DNA of 64,000 nucleotides from Acidobacteriota bacterium (GTDB lineage Bacteria > Acidobacteriota > Thermoanaerobaculia > Multivoradales > UBA5704), in contig JBDTZG010000005.1 in NCBI GenBank assembly GCA_040005235.1, positions 64,001-128,000 on the forward strand, in the 5' to 3' direction. Under the pieces are notes generated by a model, which searched no databases, was not told the DNA's origin, and worked only from the letters and a program-made list of their open reading frames with translations. Both the position numbers and the translations under genes were made by a program. Below, piece by piece: positions 18,391 through 30,359 of the stretch. Within the stretch, counting starts at the first letter, position 1; every line of letters starts with the position of its first letter.

Positions 18391-19428
18391 ATGTCTTCCT
18401 CCGAGACTCTGGTCGAGATCTCCGGCCTGTCGCGGCGATTCGGCGGGCTTCCGGCGGTCGACGACCTGTCGCTCGGCGTCGGCCGGGGAGAGTGGATCGC
18501 GATTACCGGCCCCTCCGGGTCGGGCAAGACCACGCTGCTCAATATCCTCGCCGGACTCGACCGGCCGACGGGCGGCTCGGTGCGGGTCGCCGGAGTCGAT
18601 CTCGCCGCCCTTTCAAGCCGCGAGCTTTCGGCCTATCGGCAGCGGACGATCGGTCTGATCTTCCAGCAGTTCCATCTGATCCCGTACCTCTCGGCGCTTG
18701 AAAACGTCATGCTCGCCCAATACGTCCACAGCACCACCGACCGGGGCGAGGCGACCGAAGCGCTCGATCGCGTGGGGCTGGGGCAACGGCTCGGCCATTT
18801 GCCGAGCCAGCTTTCTGGAGGCGAGCAGCAGCGGGTCTGCATCGCCCGCGCCCTGATCAACCATCCGCCGTTGATCCTGGCGGACGAGCCGACCGGCAAC
18901 CTCGACGCGGTGAACGAAGCGGTCGTCATGCGCCTGCTCTCCGACCTTCACCAAGAGGGGCACACCCTAGTGATGGTCACCCACGCCGCAGCGATCGCCG
19001 CCCGCGCCGATCGCGAGATCCGGTTGGAGCATGGCCGGCTCGCCCGCCCGGCGGAGACCGCGGCCGATGCGGTGCCCACGCTCACCGAGATCTGGCGCCT
19101 GCTGGTCGAAGACCGCGCCGCCGTTTCGGTCGCCCGCCGCGGCGTGGCGGACCTGCTCTCCGAGGGATTCCTCTTCTTCTCCGAAGGGAAGATCGCATTT
19201 ACCGATCACGGTTACGCCCACGCGGCGGCCGCGGTGCGCCGGATGCGGCTCGCCGAGGTCTTGCTCTCCCGGACGCTTACCGCCGGCGGCAGCGAATGCG
19301 GCGGAGAAAAACCGATTGCCGACGGCTTCGAGGATCAGGTCTGCACCTTCCTTGACCACCCAACCGAATGTCCCCACGGCCGGCCGATCCCCCCAGGGGT
19401 CTGCTGCCTTCGCCCGTCAGAATCTTAG
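18391..19428 (+). CDS. ABC ATPase fused to a C-terminal DtxR/MntR-like metal-binding dimerisation domain
   Basis: [25 protein letters not shown]; C-terminal [10 protein letters not shown]...[22 protein letters not shown]. Confidence 0.85.
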   Translation: MSSSETLVEISGLSRRFGGLPAVDDLSLGVGRGEWIAITGPSGSGKTTLLNILAGLDRPTGGSVRVAGVDLAALSSRELSAYRQRTIGLIFQQFHLIPYLSALENVMLAQYVHSTTDRGEATEALDRVGLGQRLGHLPSQLSGGEQQRVCIARALINHPPLILADEPTGNLDAVNEAVVMRLLSDLHQEGHTLVMVTHAAAIAARADREIRLEHGRLARPAETAADAVPTLTEIWRLLVEDRAAVSVARRGVADLLSEGFLFFSEGKIAFTDHGYAHAAAAVRRMRLAEVLLSRTLTAGGSECGGEKPIADGFEDQVCTFLDHPTECPHGRPIPPGVCCLRPSES

Positions 19429-19986
19429 GCGAGCCCCAGCTCTTCGAGAGACCGAGCGGTCAGCAGGCGTTCGGCGAGGGATCCGAGCTCATCGGTGGAA
19501 GAGATCGCCTGGACTCGTTCGACAGCTTGCCCGGGCAGTGCCGGGAAACGTTTGCGTAGCAGGCGCAGGAGAACTTCGTGCATGTCTTCGAGCCCTCGCG
19601 CCAAACCCCGCGCGAGACCCTGTTCCACCCCCCGCGCGAGACCTTGTTCCACCCCCCGCGCCTCGACCTTCTCTTCCCAGGTAATCGGTCGCATCTTTGC
19701 CTCCGGGCCGGTTTCGGCCGCTCGCAACGCCGCGTACTCCGCTGCGGCGCCGCCGTCCAATTCTAAATAGGTTGCCACGCTGTTCGCCCTCGTGACTTTC
19801 CACCCACGCAACCAGGTCGAGCCTGCGCTCTCTGCTGCGAGGGGCGTCCGAGGGCGCTTCGGCCGGCCGAAACTCGATCGCGTCGAGCTTCAGCCGGGGC
19901 GCCAGGTCCGGTCCGGCCAGCCGGACGAAGTCGGCCGGAAACGTCTGAATCAGATCCTTCCAAAGTTGATCGTGACCACCCGCCAT
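19425..19986 (-). pseudogene. Rpn/YhgA-like (DUF4351) nuclease with internal deletion and frameshift; C-terminal ORF 19425-19694 intact
   Basis: The HDQLWKDL N-terminus joins out of frame to the C-terminus. The segment matching 20426-20814 of the neighbouring copy is missing. Confidence 0.8.
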
Positions 19987-20106
19987 CCTGGGTCCTCCCG
20001 AAGTGGCCTCTTCCGGCGAGGCCTGGGTACGGACCTAAAAGACGTCAAAGGGTGGGTTGAGTCTCGATACTTTGGGTGACCGAACTACAAAACGACGGGC
20101 TGGCGC

Positions 20107-20876
20107 CTATGCCAGCCCCAGCTCTTCGAGAGACCGGGCGGTCAGCAGCCGCTCGGCGAGGGAACCGAGCTCTTCGGTTGAGGTCATGGCCCGGATTCGC
20201 TCGATCGCCTGTCCGGGCAGGGTCGCGAATCGCGTCCGTATTTGACGTAACAGAACCTCGTGCGTAGCCTCCAGCCCACGCGCCAAGCCCAGCTCCACGC
20301 CCCGTGCCTCCACCTTCCCTTCCCAGGTAATCGGTCGCATCTTTGCCTCCGGGCCGGTTTCGGCCGCTCGCAACGCCGCGTACTCCGTCGCGGCGCCGCC
20401 GTCCAATTCTAAATAGGTTGCCACGCCGTTGAACAGACGGAATCGCGCGCTGTCGTCGATTCCCTTGGCCGCCGCGATTTTCGACAGACACTTGCGTCTC
20501 AAAGCCCGCCTGTCGCCGTTCGGCGCCCGGGCGAGCGCCGCACAGACCCAAGCGAGCGGTTCGGGGCACGCGAGAAAGTTCTCGGCCCGGGCTTGCGAGA
20601 GGCCCAAGCTTCGATAGCGGAAGCGCGTTCCTTCAAAGCCCAACGACTCTTCCAGGTGCTCGACCACCTGGGCTCCCGCAGGGCCGCCGTGCAGGTACAA
20701 CGCGATGGTTTGCACGGGCAGGCCGAACCGCAAGGCGAGCAGGCGGTTGTAGGCCAAGAGGCGAATCGCCGTCGCGGTGCGGAACTGCAGCTCGATTTCG
20801 ACGTGGAGAAGCGCCTGCTCTCCCTCATGACTTTCCACCCACGCAATCAGGTCGAGCCTGCGCTCTCTGCTGCGAG
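20107..20876 (-). pseudogene. Rpn/YhgA-like (DUF4351) nuclease, 5'-truncated; C-terminal ORF 20107-20340 intact
   Basis: RLDLIAWV...LLHVEIE (PD-(D/E)XK-like)...[10 protein letters not shown]. Lacks the HDQLWK start; identity to copy 1 ends near 20876. Confidence 0.75.
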
Positions 20877-21072
20877 AGCCGAGAAGCCATGAACAGAGTA
20901 CGGGAGGCTCCGTGCCGCTCCCCGCTCCCCGCTCACCCCGCCAAGTAGCTGATTTACCTCCACCCGGCCGGGCGGCGTCAAGGCCGGGGGGCAGGGGAGG
21001 TCAGGACCCGAAAACCGGCCTGGTCAAAGTGATCATCGAAAGCGAGGGCGACTTCGACACCCGCTTGGCGCA

Positions 21073-21300
21073 CTACGACGAACGAGTGGCAATCTGGTCG
21101 AGATTGGCGGCGAAATCTTCCGGCCCCTCGATCCTGATCCTCTGGAGCTTGGCCAGCAAACCCGGCCTCTCAGGCGCAACGACTTTCTTTCGAGCCGGAA
21201 CGACCTCGCTTCGGTGGGCTGTGACTTTTGGGCCGATCTCGGGAATGACTCGCTTGGTGGAAGATCTCACTCCACACCTCTTGTGGTCGCTGGCCCCCAC
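21073..21300 (-). CDS. small hypothetical protein, possibly an orphan antitoxin-like remnant
   Basis: C-terminal LLAKLQRIRIEGPEDFAANLD resembles small antitoxin-type proteins; start uncertain; no toxin follows. Confidence 0.35.
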   Translation of the reverse strand: MGASDHKRCGVRSSTKRVIPEIGPKVTAHRSEVVPARKKVVAPERPGLLAKLQRIRIEGPEDFAANLDQIATRSS

Positions 21301-21414
21301 ATCAAGCAGGATAAGGGCTGATTCCTCTCAAGAGAGTATGGCACACGAGCGCCGACCCCGATTCGCCAACCATGCCGACTAGGCCTGCCACCCCCGCCCC
21401 ACCCCGCCGGCCCG

Positions 21415-21443
21415 TTGACACCCCTGGGGGCGCGGGACACAAT
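21415..21443 (+). promoter_or_regulatory. sigma70-type promoter of the nuo operon
   Basis: TTGACA-N17-CACAAT about 70 bp upstream of nuoA. Confidence 0.55.
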
Positions 21444-21512
21444 CCGGGCAGCTCAAGGCACGATGTCCGGAGAAGGTCGCTCCAGAGACGCCTGTAGGGT
21501 TCTAGGAGACGA

Positions 21513-21869
21513 ATGGCCAATTACCTCCCGATCCTCGTATTCGTGGTCATCGCCGGGTTGTTTCTGGCGTCCACGCTGCTCGTGGCTCGGTTGCTTCGGC
21601 ATCGGGGGTTCGGGAGGACGAACCTCGATCCGTACGAGTGCGGCAACGAGGCGGTCAGTTTCGCCCACGACCACCGGTTTTCGGTGCGCTATTACCTGAT
21701 CGCGGTGCTGTTCGTGGTGTTCGACGTCGAGACCGTCTTTTTGCTCCCTTGGGCCGTCTTGTTCGACAAGCTCGCGCTGTTCGGGTTCGTCGAGATGATG
21801 GTCTTCCTTGCGATTTTGATCGGCGGGTACGTCTACGTTTGGAACCGGGGGGCGCTGGAATGGGCTTGA
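21513..21869 (+). CDS. nuoA: NADH-quinone oxidoreductase subunit A
   Basis: [25 protein letters not shown]. Confidence 0.95.
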   Translation: MANYLPILVFVVIAGLFLASTLLVARLLRHRGFGRTNLDPYECGNEAVSFAHDHRFSVRYYLIAVLFVVFDVETVFLLPWAVLFDKLALFGFVEMMVFLAILIGGYVYVWNRGALEWA

Positions 21870-22408
21870 AGGTTCTGGACGAGACAGGCGACTCACCCTC
21901 GGGCGCTGTGGAGTCGAACGTTCTTACTACCACGTACGACAAGATCTTCAATTGGGCGCGCCGGTCGGCGATTTGGCCGATGCAGTTCGGCCTCGCCTGC
22001 TGCGCGATCGAGATGATGGCGGTCCTCGATCCGCGACACGACATGTCGCGCTTCGGCGCCGAGGTGTTTCGGGCGACGCCGCGGCAGAGCGACCTGATGA
22101 TTGTCGCCGGCACCGTGACCGAGAAAATGGCGCCGATCGTCCGCCGGTTGTGGGATCAGATGCCCGAGCCGAAATGGTCGATCGCGATGGGCGCCTGCGC
22201 CACCTGCGGCGGGCCGTACCGGACCTACGCGGTGACTCAAGGGGTCGATCGGGTCATCCCGGTAGACGTCTACGTGCCCGGCTGCCCGCCGCGACCCGAG
22301 GCGCTGCTCTGGGGCCTGCTCCACCTGCAGCGGAAGATCGACCGGATGAAGAGCGCCGGGGGAGTCCTGGAACGCCCCAAGCCGCGGCCCGGCGAGGCGC
22401 CGCGATGA
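21860..22408 (+). CDS. nuoB: NADH-quinone oxidoreductase subunit B
   Basis: [31 protein letters not shown]. Confidence 0.95.
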   Translation: MGLKVLDETGDSPSGAVESNVLTTTYDKIFNWARRSAIWPMQFGLACCAIEMMAVLDPRHDMSRFGAEVFRATPRQSDLMIVAGTVTEKMAPIVRRLWDQMPEPKWSIAMGACATCGGPYRTYAVTQGVDRVIPVDVYVPGCPPRPEALLWGLLHLQRKIDRMKSAGGVLERPKPRPGEAPR

Positions 22409-23112
22409 GCGAAGCCGGCGAGGCCGCTGCCGCGGCTCCGGCCGAAATGCCCGCCGAAAAACCGACTGAAAAGCCGACTGAAAAACCGGCTTGGGAGCGG
22501 GACCCGGTCGTCCCGGAGTGGCGCGAGGCGGACGACGATCCGCTCGCGGCGGCGCTGCGCGAGGCCCTGCCCGAGGCGATCCGGTCGGCGAAGACTTTCG
22601 CGGGCGATCTGACCCTCGACGTCGAGCGCGAGCGGTTGGCGGACGTGGCGCGGGAGCTGAAAACCACGCACGGCTTCTCGCTGATCGTCGATCTGTGCGG
22701 CGCCGACTACCCCAACCGCGAGCCGCGGTTCGATGTCGTCGTTCATCTCGCGAGCCTGCCTCCCGATCGGGCGTACCGGGTCGTGCGCTTGAAGACCCAG
22801 ACCGACGAGGCGACTCCGGTGCCTACGCTCACCGGCGTCTATCGCGGTGCCAACTGGCCGGAGCGCGAGGTTTTCGACATGTACGGTGTGCGCTTCGAAG
22901 GCCATCCCGACATGACCCGCATTCTCCTCTGGGAGGGGTTCAACGGCCACCCGCTGCGCAAGGAGTTTCCGGTCGAGGGGATCGACACGGGGGCCGCGAT
23001 CTATCCCGAGCATTACGGAGAAACCACGGGGCCAGTCGCTGGGACCGGTACGGGGTGGAAACCGCCGAAGCCGGCGCCGAGCACCGAAGAGGAAGAGGGC
23101 GAGGACGGATGA
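22405..23112 (+). CDS. nuoC: NADH-quinone oxidoreductase subunit C
   Basis: [30 protein letters not shown]. Confidence 0.93.
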   Translation: MSEAGEAAAAAPAEMPAEKPTEKPTEKPAWERDPVVPEWREADDDPLAAALREALPEAIRSAKTFAGDLTLDVERERLADVARELKTTHGFSLIVDLCGADYPNREPRFDVVVHLASLPPDRAYRVVRLKTQTDEATPVPTLTGVYRGANWPEREVFDMYGVRFEGHPDMTRILLWEGFNGHPLRKEFPVEGIDTGAAIYPEHYGETTGPVAGTGTGWKPPKPAPSTEEEEGEDG

Positions 23113-24239
23113 GCGCCGAGCCCACCGATGCCCTTTTTCAGGGCGAGGAGATGGAGCTGTCGTTCGGGCCGCAGCATCCGGCGACCCACGGCGTGCTGCG
23201 ATTGAATTTAAAGATCGAAGGGGAGCGGATCGTCGGTTGTTACCCGATCATAGGCTATCTCCATCGCGGCACCGAGAAGCTGTTCGAGCTGCATCCGTTC
23301 TTTCAAAACGTGCCGCACACCGACCGGATGGATTACGTGGCTGCGGCGACCAACAACCTCGCATACGTAGGGGCGGTCGAGAAGCTGGTGGGGCTCACCG
23401 TGCCGCCACGGGCGCGCTACATCCGGACGATCCTCGCCGAGCTCCAGCGGATCTCCTCGCACCTGGTCTGGCTCGCGACCCACGCGATCGACATCGGGGC
23501 GATGACGCCGTTCTTCTACTGCTTCCGCGAACGGGAGCGGGTGCTCGACCTGTTCGAGCAATATTGCGGCGCGCGCCTGACCCTCAACTGCATGCGCCCC
23601 GGCGGCCTGCCGTTCGATCTGCCGGCCGGCTGGGCGGACGCCTGCCGCCGATTCTGCGACGACTATCCTGCGAAGATCGACGAGTACGAGGGGCTGCTCA
23701 CCGAGAACCGGATCTGGAAGCGGCGCACGGTCGGTGTGGGCGTCCTGTCGCCCGAGGCGGCGATCGATCTCGGCGTGACCGGCCCGATGCTGCGGGCGAG
23801 TGGCGTCGGCTTCGATTTGAGGAAAGCGCGCCCCTACGAGGCGTACGGCGAGGTCGAATTCGCGGTGCCGGTCGCCCAGAACGGCGACACCTACGACCGG
23901 TACCTCGTGCGGATGGCAGAGATGAGGGAGTCGACCAAGATCGTCCTCCAGTGCCTCGATTTGCTTCCGGGGACCGACGGCGGGCCGATCCTGGCGAAGC
24001 GGCCACGCGTGCTCAAAGGCCCGAAGGCCGAGGTCTACCACGGAATCGAGGGACCGAAGGGGGAGATCGGTTTCTACATCGTGGGCGACGGAAGCCCAAA
24101 CCCCTATCGCTGTCACGTCCGGCCGCCTTCGTTCATGAATCTTCAGGCGCTGCCCGATCTCGCGATCGGTCACATGGTGGCCGACCTGGTGGCGTTGATC
24201 GGATCGACCGACATCGTCCTCGGCGAGGTCGACCGGTGA
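23109..24239 (+). CDS. nuoD: NADH-quinone oxidoreductase subunit D
   Basis: FGPQHPATHGVLRL, GYLHRGTEK, DIVLGEVDR. Confidence 0.95.
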   Translation: MSAEPTDALFQGEEMELSFGPQHPATHGVLRLNLKIEGERIVGCYPIIGYLHRGTEKLFELHPFFQNVPHTDRMDYVAAATNNLAYVGAVEKLVGLTVPPRARYIRTILAELQRISSHLVWLATHAIDIGAMTPFFYCFRERERVLDLFEQYCGARLTLNCMRPGGLPFDLPAGWADACRRFCDDYPAKIDEYEGLLTENRIWKRRTVGVGVLSPEAAIDLGVTGPMLRASGVGFDLRKARPYEAYGEVEFAVPVAQNGDTYDRYLVRMAEMRESTKIVLQCLDLLPGTDGGPILAKRPRVLKGPKAEVYHGIEGPKGEIGFYIVGDGSPNPYRCHVRPPSFMNLQALPDLAIGHMVADLVALIGSTDIVLGEVDR

Positions 24240-25333
24240 TTCCAGTCGCTGTGGTCGCCACCCTGCCGTTCGGACTCGAATCACTGCGCGCGGCGGCGGG
24301 GGACACGCTGTTCTATTTTGCGATCTCGCCTGCGCTCAAGATCCTCGGCCTGGTATTCCTCGCGATCCTGCCGGTGATCACCTATCTGGTGCTCGCCGAG
24401 CGGAAGATCCTCGGCTTCCTCCAGGTTCGCGTCGGCCCGAACCGGGTAGGGCCGTGGGGACTGCTCCAGCCGATCGCGGACGTGATGAAACTGCTGGTGA
24501 AGGAAGACACGATCCCCAGCCGCGCGGTGCGTTGGGCGTTCGTGCTCGCGCCCTGCCTGGTGGTGGCTCCCGCTCTGGTGATCTTCTCCGTCGTGCCGGT
24601 CGGTCCGCCGTCTTCGACCCCCGGCGGGTTCTCGGGGTTCGTCACCGACATCGACACGGGGGTTCTGTTCGTCATCGCAGTCGCGACGATCGGGGTCTAC
24701 GGTTTGATCCTCGGCGGCTGGTCGTCGAACAACAAGTTTTCCTTGATGGGCGGCCTGCGCGCTGCAGCGCAGATGATCTCTTACGAGGTGCCGCAGGGGC
24801 TCGCCCTGGTCGGACCCTTGATGCTCGCGGGAACGATGTCGATGGTCGGGATTGTCGAGGCGCAGCGCGGCGCGCGGGTCTGGTACGTCTTTCCACAGCT
24901 GGTCTCGTTCTTCATCTATATGGTGGCCGGGGTGGCCGAGACGAACCGCAATCCGTTCGACCTGCCCGAAGCGGAATCCGAGCTGGTGGCGGGGTTCCAC
25001 ACCGAATACAGCGGAATGCGCTTCGCTCTGTTCTTCCTCGGCGAGTACGCGAACATGATCGCGGTGTCCGCCGTCGCGACCACGCTGTTCTTGGGCGGCT
25101 GGCTGCGGCCGTTCCCCAGCGTTGCCTGGCTTTCGCCGCTCGACGTGGTGCCGGGGGCGATCTGGTTCGCACTCAAAGTCTTTGTCTTCCTGTTCGTCTA
25201 CATCTGGTTTCGCGGCACCTTCCCGCGCTATCGCTTCGATCAGCTGATGGCGCTCGGTTGGAAATGGCTCTTGCCGCTCGCGCTCGCGAACATCTTCGGG
25301 ACCGCCCTGATCAAGCTCTGGCTCGCGAGGTGA
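24236..25333 (+). CDS. nuoH: NADH-quinone oxidoreductase subunit H
   Basis: RVGPNRVGPWGLLQPIAD, AETNRNPFDLPEAESELVAGFHTEYSG; directly follows nuoD. Confidence 0.95.
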   Translation: MIPVAVVATLPFGLESLRAAAGDTLFYFAISPALKILGLVFLAILPVITYLVLAERKILGFLQVRVGPNRVGPWGLLQPIADVMKLLVKEDTIPSRAVRWAFVLAPCLVVAPALVIFSVVPVGPPSSTPGGFSGFVTDIDTGVLFVIAVATIGVYGLILGGWSSNNKFSLMGGLRAAAQMISYEVPQGLALVGPLMLAGTMSMVGIVEAQRGARVWYVFPQLVSFFIYMVAGVAETNRNPFDLPEAESELVAGFHTEYSGMRFALFFLGEYANMIAVSAVATTLFLGGWLRPFPSVAWLSPLDVVPGAIWFALKVFVFLFVYIWFRGTFPRYRFDQLMALGWKWLLPLALANIFGTALIKLWLAR

Positions 25334-25338
25334 GACGG

Positions 25339-25821
25339 GTGACCGCCTGGAGGCGTTTCCTCGACCGGTTTCTGCTGCTCGACCTGTTCGCGGGTCTGGC
25401 GATCACCGGCCGCGCCCTCTTCCGGAAGAAGGAGACGGTGCAGTACCCGGAGGAGCGCCTGGCGCCCGCGCACCGGTTCCGCGGCATGTTCCGGCTCGAC
25501 GAGGAACGCTGCATCAAGTGCAACCTCTGCGCGATCGACTGCCCGATCGACATCATCTATATCGATTGGCACCAGGAGCTGAACGAGGCGACGGGCAAGA
25601 AGGAAAAGAAGCTCGATCGATTCGACATCGACCTCCAGCGCTGCATGTTCTGCGGCCTGTGCGAGACGGGCTGCCCGACCGAGCCGAAATCGATTTGGCT
25701 GACCACCAAGACGTATGAGCTGGCGACCTACGATCGTTGGCAACATCTCTACGCGGACAAGGGGCAGCTCGAAGAATGGCGCGGACGCCCCGCCTATACC
25801 GACGAGGAGATCGCGGAATGA
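25339..25821 (+). CDS. nuoI: NADH-quinone oxidoreductase subunit I
   Basis: CIKCNLCAIDCP and CMFCGLCETGCP (two 4Fe-4S motifs). Confidence 0.93.
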   Translation: MTAWRRFLDRFLLLDLFAGLAITGRALFRKKETVQYPEERLAPAHRFRGMFRLDEERCIKCNLCAIDCPIDIIYIDWHQELNEATGKKEKKLDRFDIDLQRCMFCGLCETGCPTEPKSIWLTTKTYELATYDRWQHLYADKGQLEEWRGRPAYTDEEIAE

Positions 25822-26366
25822 GCTTTCTCGCGGGGTTTCTTCAGGAAAACGGCGCGGCGATTCTGTTCTACCTGTTCGCGGGGCTCTCTCTGGCGGGTGC
25901 CGTCGGCGTGGTCACGTGGAAAAGCCCGATGAACGGCGCGCTGTCGCTTCTGGTGACGTTTCTCGCCGTGGCGGCGCTTTTTCTGCTGCGCCATGCGGGG
26001 TTCGTGGGCATCGTCCAGATTTTCGTCTATGGCGGCGGGATCATGGTGCTCTTCCTGTTCGTCATCATGCTGGTCAACCTGAACCGGATCGAAGCGTCGG
26101 AGCGGGTCTGGCGCCAGACGCCCTGGGCGTTGTTGCTTTCGCTTCTGTTCGTTGGGGTAGTGGGAGTGATTGCCCGCGCGAATTGGGCCGGGGTGTCGAC
26201 CGCCGGCTCGGCCGAACGGTTGCGGACTTTCGGCGGCGAGGTCGTCGGCAACCCGCAGGCGCTTGGCCAGGAGCTGTTCCGCCATTACCTTTTGCCTTTC
26301 GAGATCGCGTCACTTTTTCTGCTCGTCGCGATGATCGGCGCGGTGGTGCTCGGGAGGCGCGAATGA
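25818..26366 (+). CDS. nuoJ: NADH-quinone oxidoreductase subunit J
   Basis: VQIFVYGGGIMVLFLFVIML, YLLPFEIASLFLLVAMIGA. Confidence 0.93.
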   Translation: MSFLAGFLQENGAAILFYLFAGLSLAGAVGVVTWKSPMNGALSLLVTFLAVAALFLLRHAGFVGIVQIFVYGGGIMVLFLFVIMLVNLNRIEASERVWRQTPWALLLSLLFVGVVGVIARANWAGVSTAGSAERLRTFGGEVVGNPQALGQELFRHYLLPFEIASLFLLVAMIGAVVLGRRE

Positions 26367-26695
26367 AACCCTCCGATTTGGCGAGCGTGTGGAACGTGGG
26401 AACCGAGCACTACCTGGCGCTCAGCCTGATGCTGTTCGGGATCGGGCTGTTCGGCGTGATCAACCGGCGCAACCTGATCACGATCCTGATGTCGATCGAG
26501 TTGATGTTGAACGCCGTGAACTTGAATCTGGTGGCGTTCTCCTATCAGCGCGGCGATCTGCTCGGCCAGGTGTTCACGATGTTCACGATCACCGTTGCGG
26601 CGGGGGAGGCGGCGGTGGGTTTGGGCATCTTGCTCGCCATGTTCCGCCTGCGCCAGACGACGCGGGTCGATGCGGCCCAAGAGCTGGAAGGCTAG
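26363..26695 (+). CDS. nuoK: NADH-quinone oxidoreductase subunit K
   Basis: LMSIELMLNAVNL, VAAGEAAVGL. Confidence 0.93.
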   Translation: MKPSDLASVWNVGTEHYLALSLMLFGIGLFGVINRRNLITILMSIELMLNAVNLNLVAFSYQRGDLLGQVFTMFTITVAAGEAAVGLGILLAMFRLRQTTRVDAAQELEG

Positions 26696-26699
26696 ACCG

Positions 26700-28769
<2,070 letters not shown>

Positions 28770-28798
28770 GGGTCGGTTCGTTTTCGAGGGGGAGCGCC

Positions 28799-30358
28799 AT
28801 GTTCGACGGGGTACACGAAGTACCGATCCTTTCGCTGATCTGCTTCCTGCCTTTGGCGGGGGCGCTCGTGGTGATGTTCGCTCTGCGCGATCCGGCGACC
28901 ATCCGGCGATTCGCGTTCGGGGTGGCGCTGATCGATTTTCTCCTCTCGCTGCCGCTCTGGTTCATGTTCGACCCCCAAGGCCCGCTCTTTCAGTTCAAGG
29001 AAGGTCTCGATTGGATTCCCTCGATCGGCGTCCGCTACGAGATGGGGATCGACGGCATCGCCCTGCTGCTGGTGCTGCTCACCACCCTCTTGGGCACGCT
29101 CGCGTTTCTTTCGTCCTGGAGCGCGATCCGCGAGCGGGAAAAGGAGTACTACACATTCCTGCTGCTCCTACAAACCGGCATGTTGGGGGTGTTCTGCGCG
29201 CTCGACTTCTTCCTGTTCTACGTCTTTTGGGAGGTCATGCTGGTGCCGATGTATTTCTTGATAGGCATCTGGGGCGGGCCGCGGCGGCTCTATGCTTCGA
29301 TCAAGTTCTTCCTCTATACCCTCGTCGGTTCGGTGCTGATGCTGCTGGGGATTCTCGCGCTCTACTTCTGGAACGGGCGGGGATTGTTCGGTTGGACCGG
29401 CGCGGGCAACCCGCTCTCGTTCTCGATCGAACAGTTCCATCGCATCGGGCCGTCGATCCCGGCCGATCTGCAATTCTGGATCTTTCTGGCCTTCTTCGTC
29501 GGCTTTGCGATCAAAGTGCCGATGTTCCCGTTTCACACCTGGCTGCCTGATGCGCACGTCGAAGCTCCGACCGCAGGGTCGGTGATCCTCGCGGGCGTTC
29601 TGCTCAAGATGGGAACCTACGGCTTCGTCCGGTTTTCGCTGCCGATTCTCCCCGAGGCGACGCGCCGGCTGGTCCCTTGGATGGTCGGTCTTTCGGTCGT
29701 CGCCATTCTCTACGGTGCGCTTTGCGCGATGGCGCAGCGTGACATGAAGAAGCTGGTCGCCTACTCGTCGGTCTCGCACCTGGGATTCGTGACGCTCGGC
29801 ATCTTCGCCTTGAACGGCCCAGGCCTTTCGGGCGGCGTGCTCCAGATGATCAATCACGGTCTTTCGACCGGTGCGCTGTTCCTGCTGGTCGGCGTGCTCT
29901 ACGAGCGGCGGCATACGCGGCAGATCGCGGATTTCGGCGGCCTTTCGGCTGTCATGCCGCGGTACGCGACGATCTTCCTGATCGTCACCCTCGCATCGAT
30001 TGGCGTGCCGACCTTAAACGGCTTCGTCGGCGAATTCACGATCCTGATCGGCGCTTTCTCTCGGAGCTGGCTCTGGGCGATCGCCGCGACGCTCGGGATC
30101 GTGCTCGGTGCGGCGTACATGCTCTGGATGTTCCAGCGGGTCTTCTTCGGTCCGGTGAGCCACGAGGAGAACCGGAAACTCCCGGATCTTTCGGGCCGCG
30201 AGCTGGTCTACCTGCTGCCGATCGTGGCGCTTTGCTTCTGGATCGGCCTTTACCCCAAGCCGTTCTTCCGGATTCTGGAAAAGCCGGTCGCCTTTCTGGT
30301 GGAGAACGCCGAGCGGGCGGCAACGGTCGCGACCCCCGACGCGGCTCTGGGACGCTGA
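28799..30358 (+). CDS. nuoM: NADH-quinone oxidoreductase subunit M
   Basis: KVPMFPFHTWLPDAHVEAPTAGS, AYSSVSHLG. Confidence 0.95.
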   Translation: MFDGVHEVPILSLICFLPLAGALVVMFALRDPATIRRFAFGVALIDFLLSLPLWFMFDPQGPLFQFKEGLDWIPSIGVRYEMGIDGIALLLVLLTTLLGTLAFLSSWSAIREREKEYYTFLLLLQTGMLGVFCALDFFLFYVFWEVMLVPMYFLIGIWGGPRRLYASIKFFLYTLVGSVLMLLGILALYFWNGRGLFGWTGAGNPLSFSIEQFHRIGPSIPADLQFWIFLAFFVGFAIKVPMFPFHTWLPDAHVEAPTAGSVILAGVLLKMGTYGFVRFSLPILPEATRRLVPWMVGLSVVAILYGALCAMAQRDMKKLVAYSSVSHLGFVTLGIFALNGPGLSGGVLQMINHGLSTGALFLLVGVLYERRHTRQIADFGGLSAVMPRYATIFLIVTLASIGVPTLNGFVGEFTILIGAFSRSWLWAIAATLGIVLGAAYMLWMFQRVFFGPVSHEENRKLPDLSGRELVYLLPIVALCFWIGLYPKPFFRILEKPVAFLVENAERAATVATPDAALGR

Positions 30359-30359
30359 G

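Noticed and set aside
20912-21382. 156-aa plus-strand ORF
   Set aside because: No recognisable domain and it overlaps a more plausible minus-strand small ORF. The region looks like decayed accessory DNA.
22438-22492. 12-bp repeats in the nuoC N-terminus ([14 protein letters not shown])
   Set aside because: Ordinary low-complexity linker.
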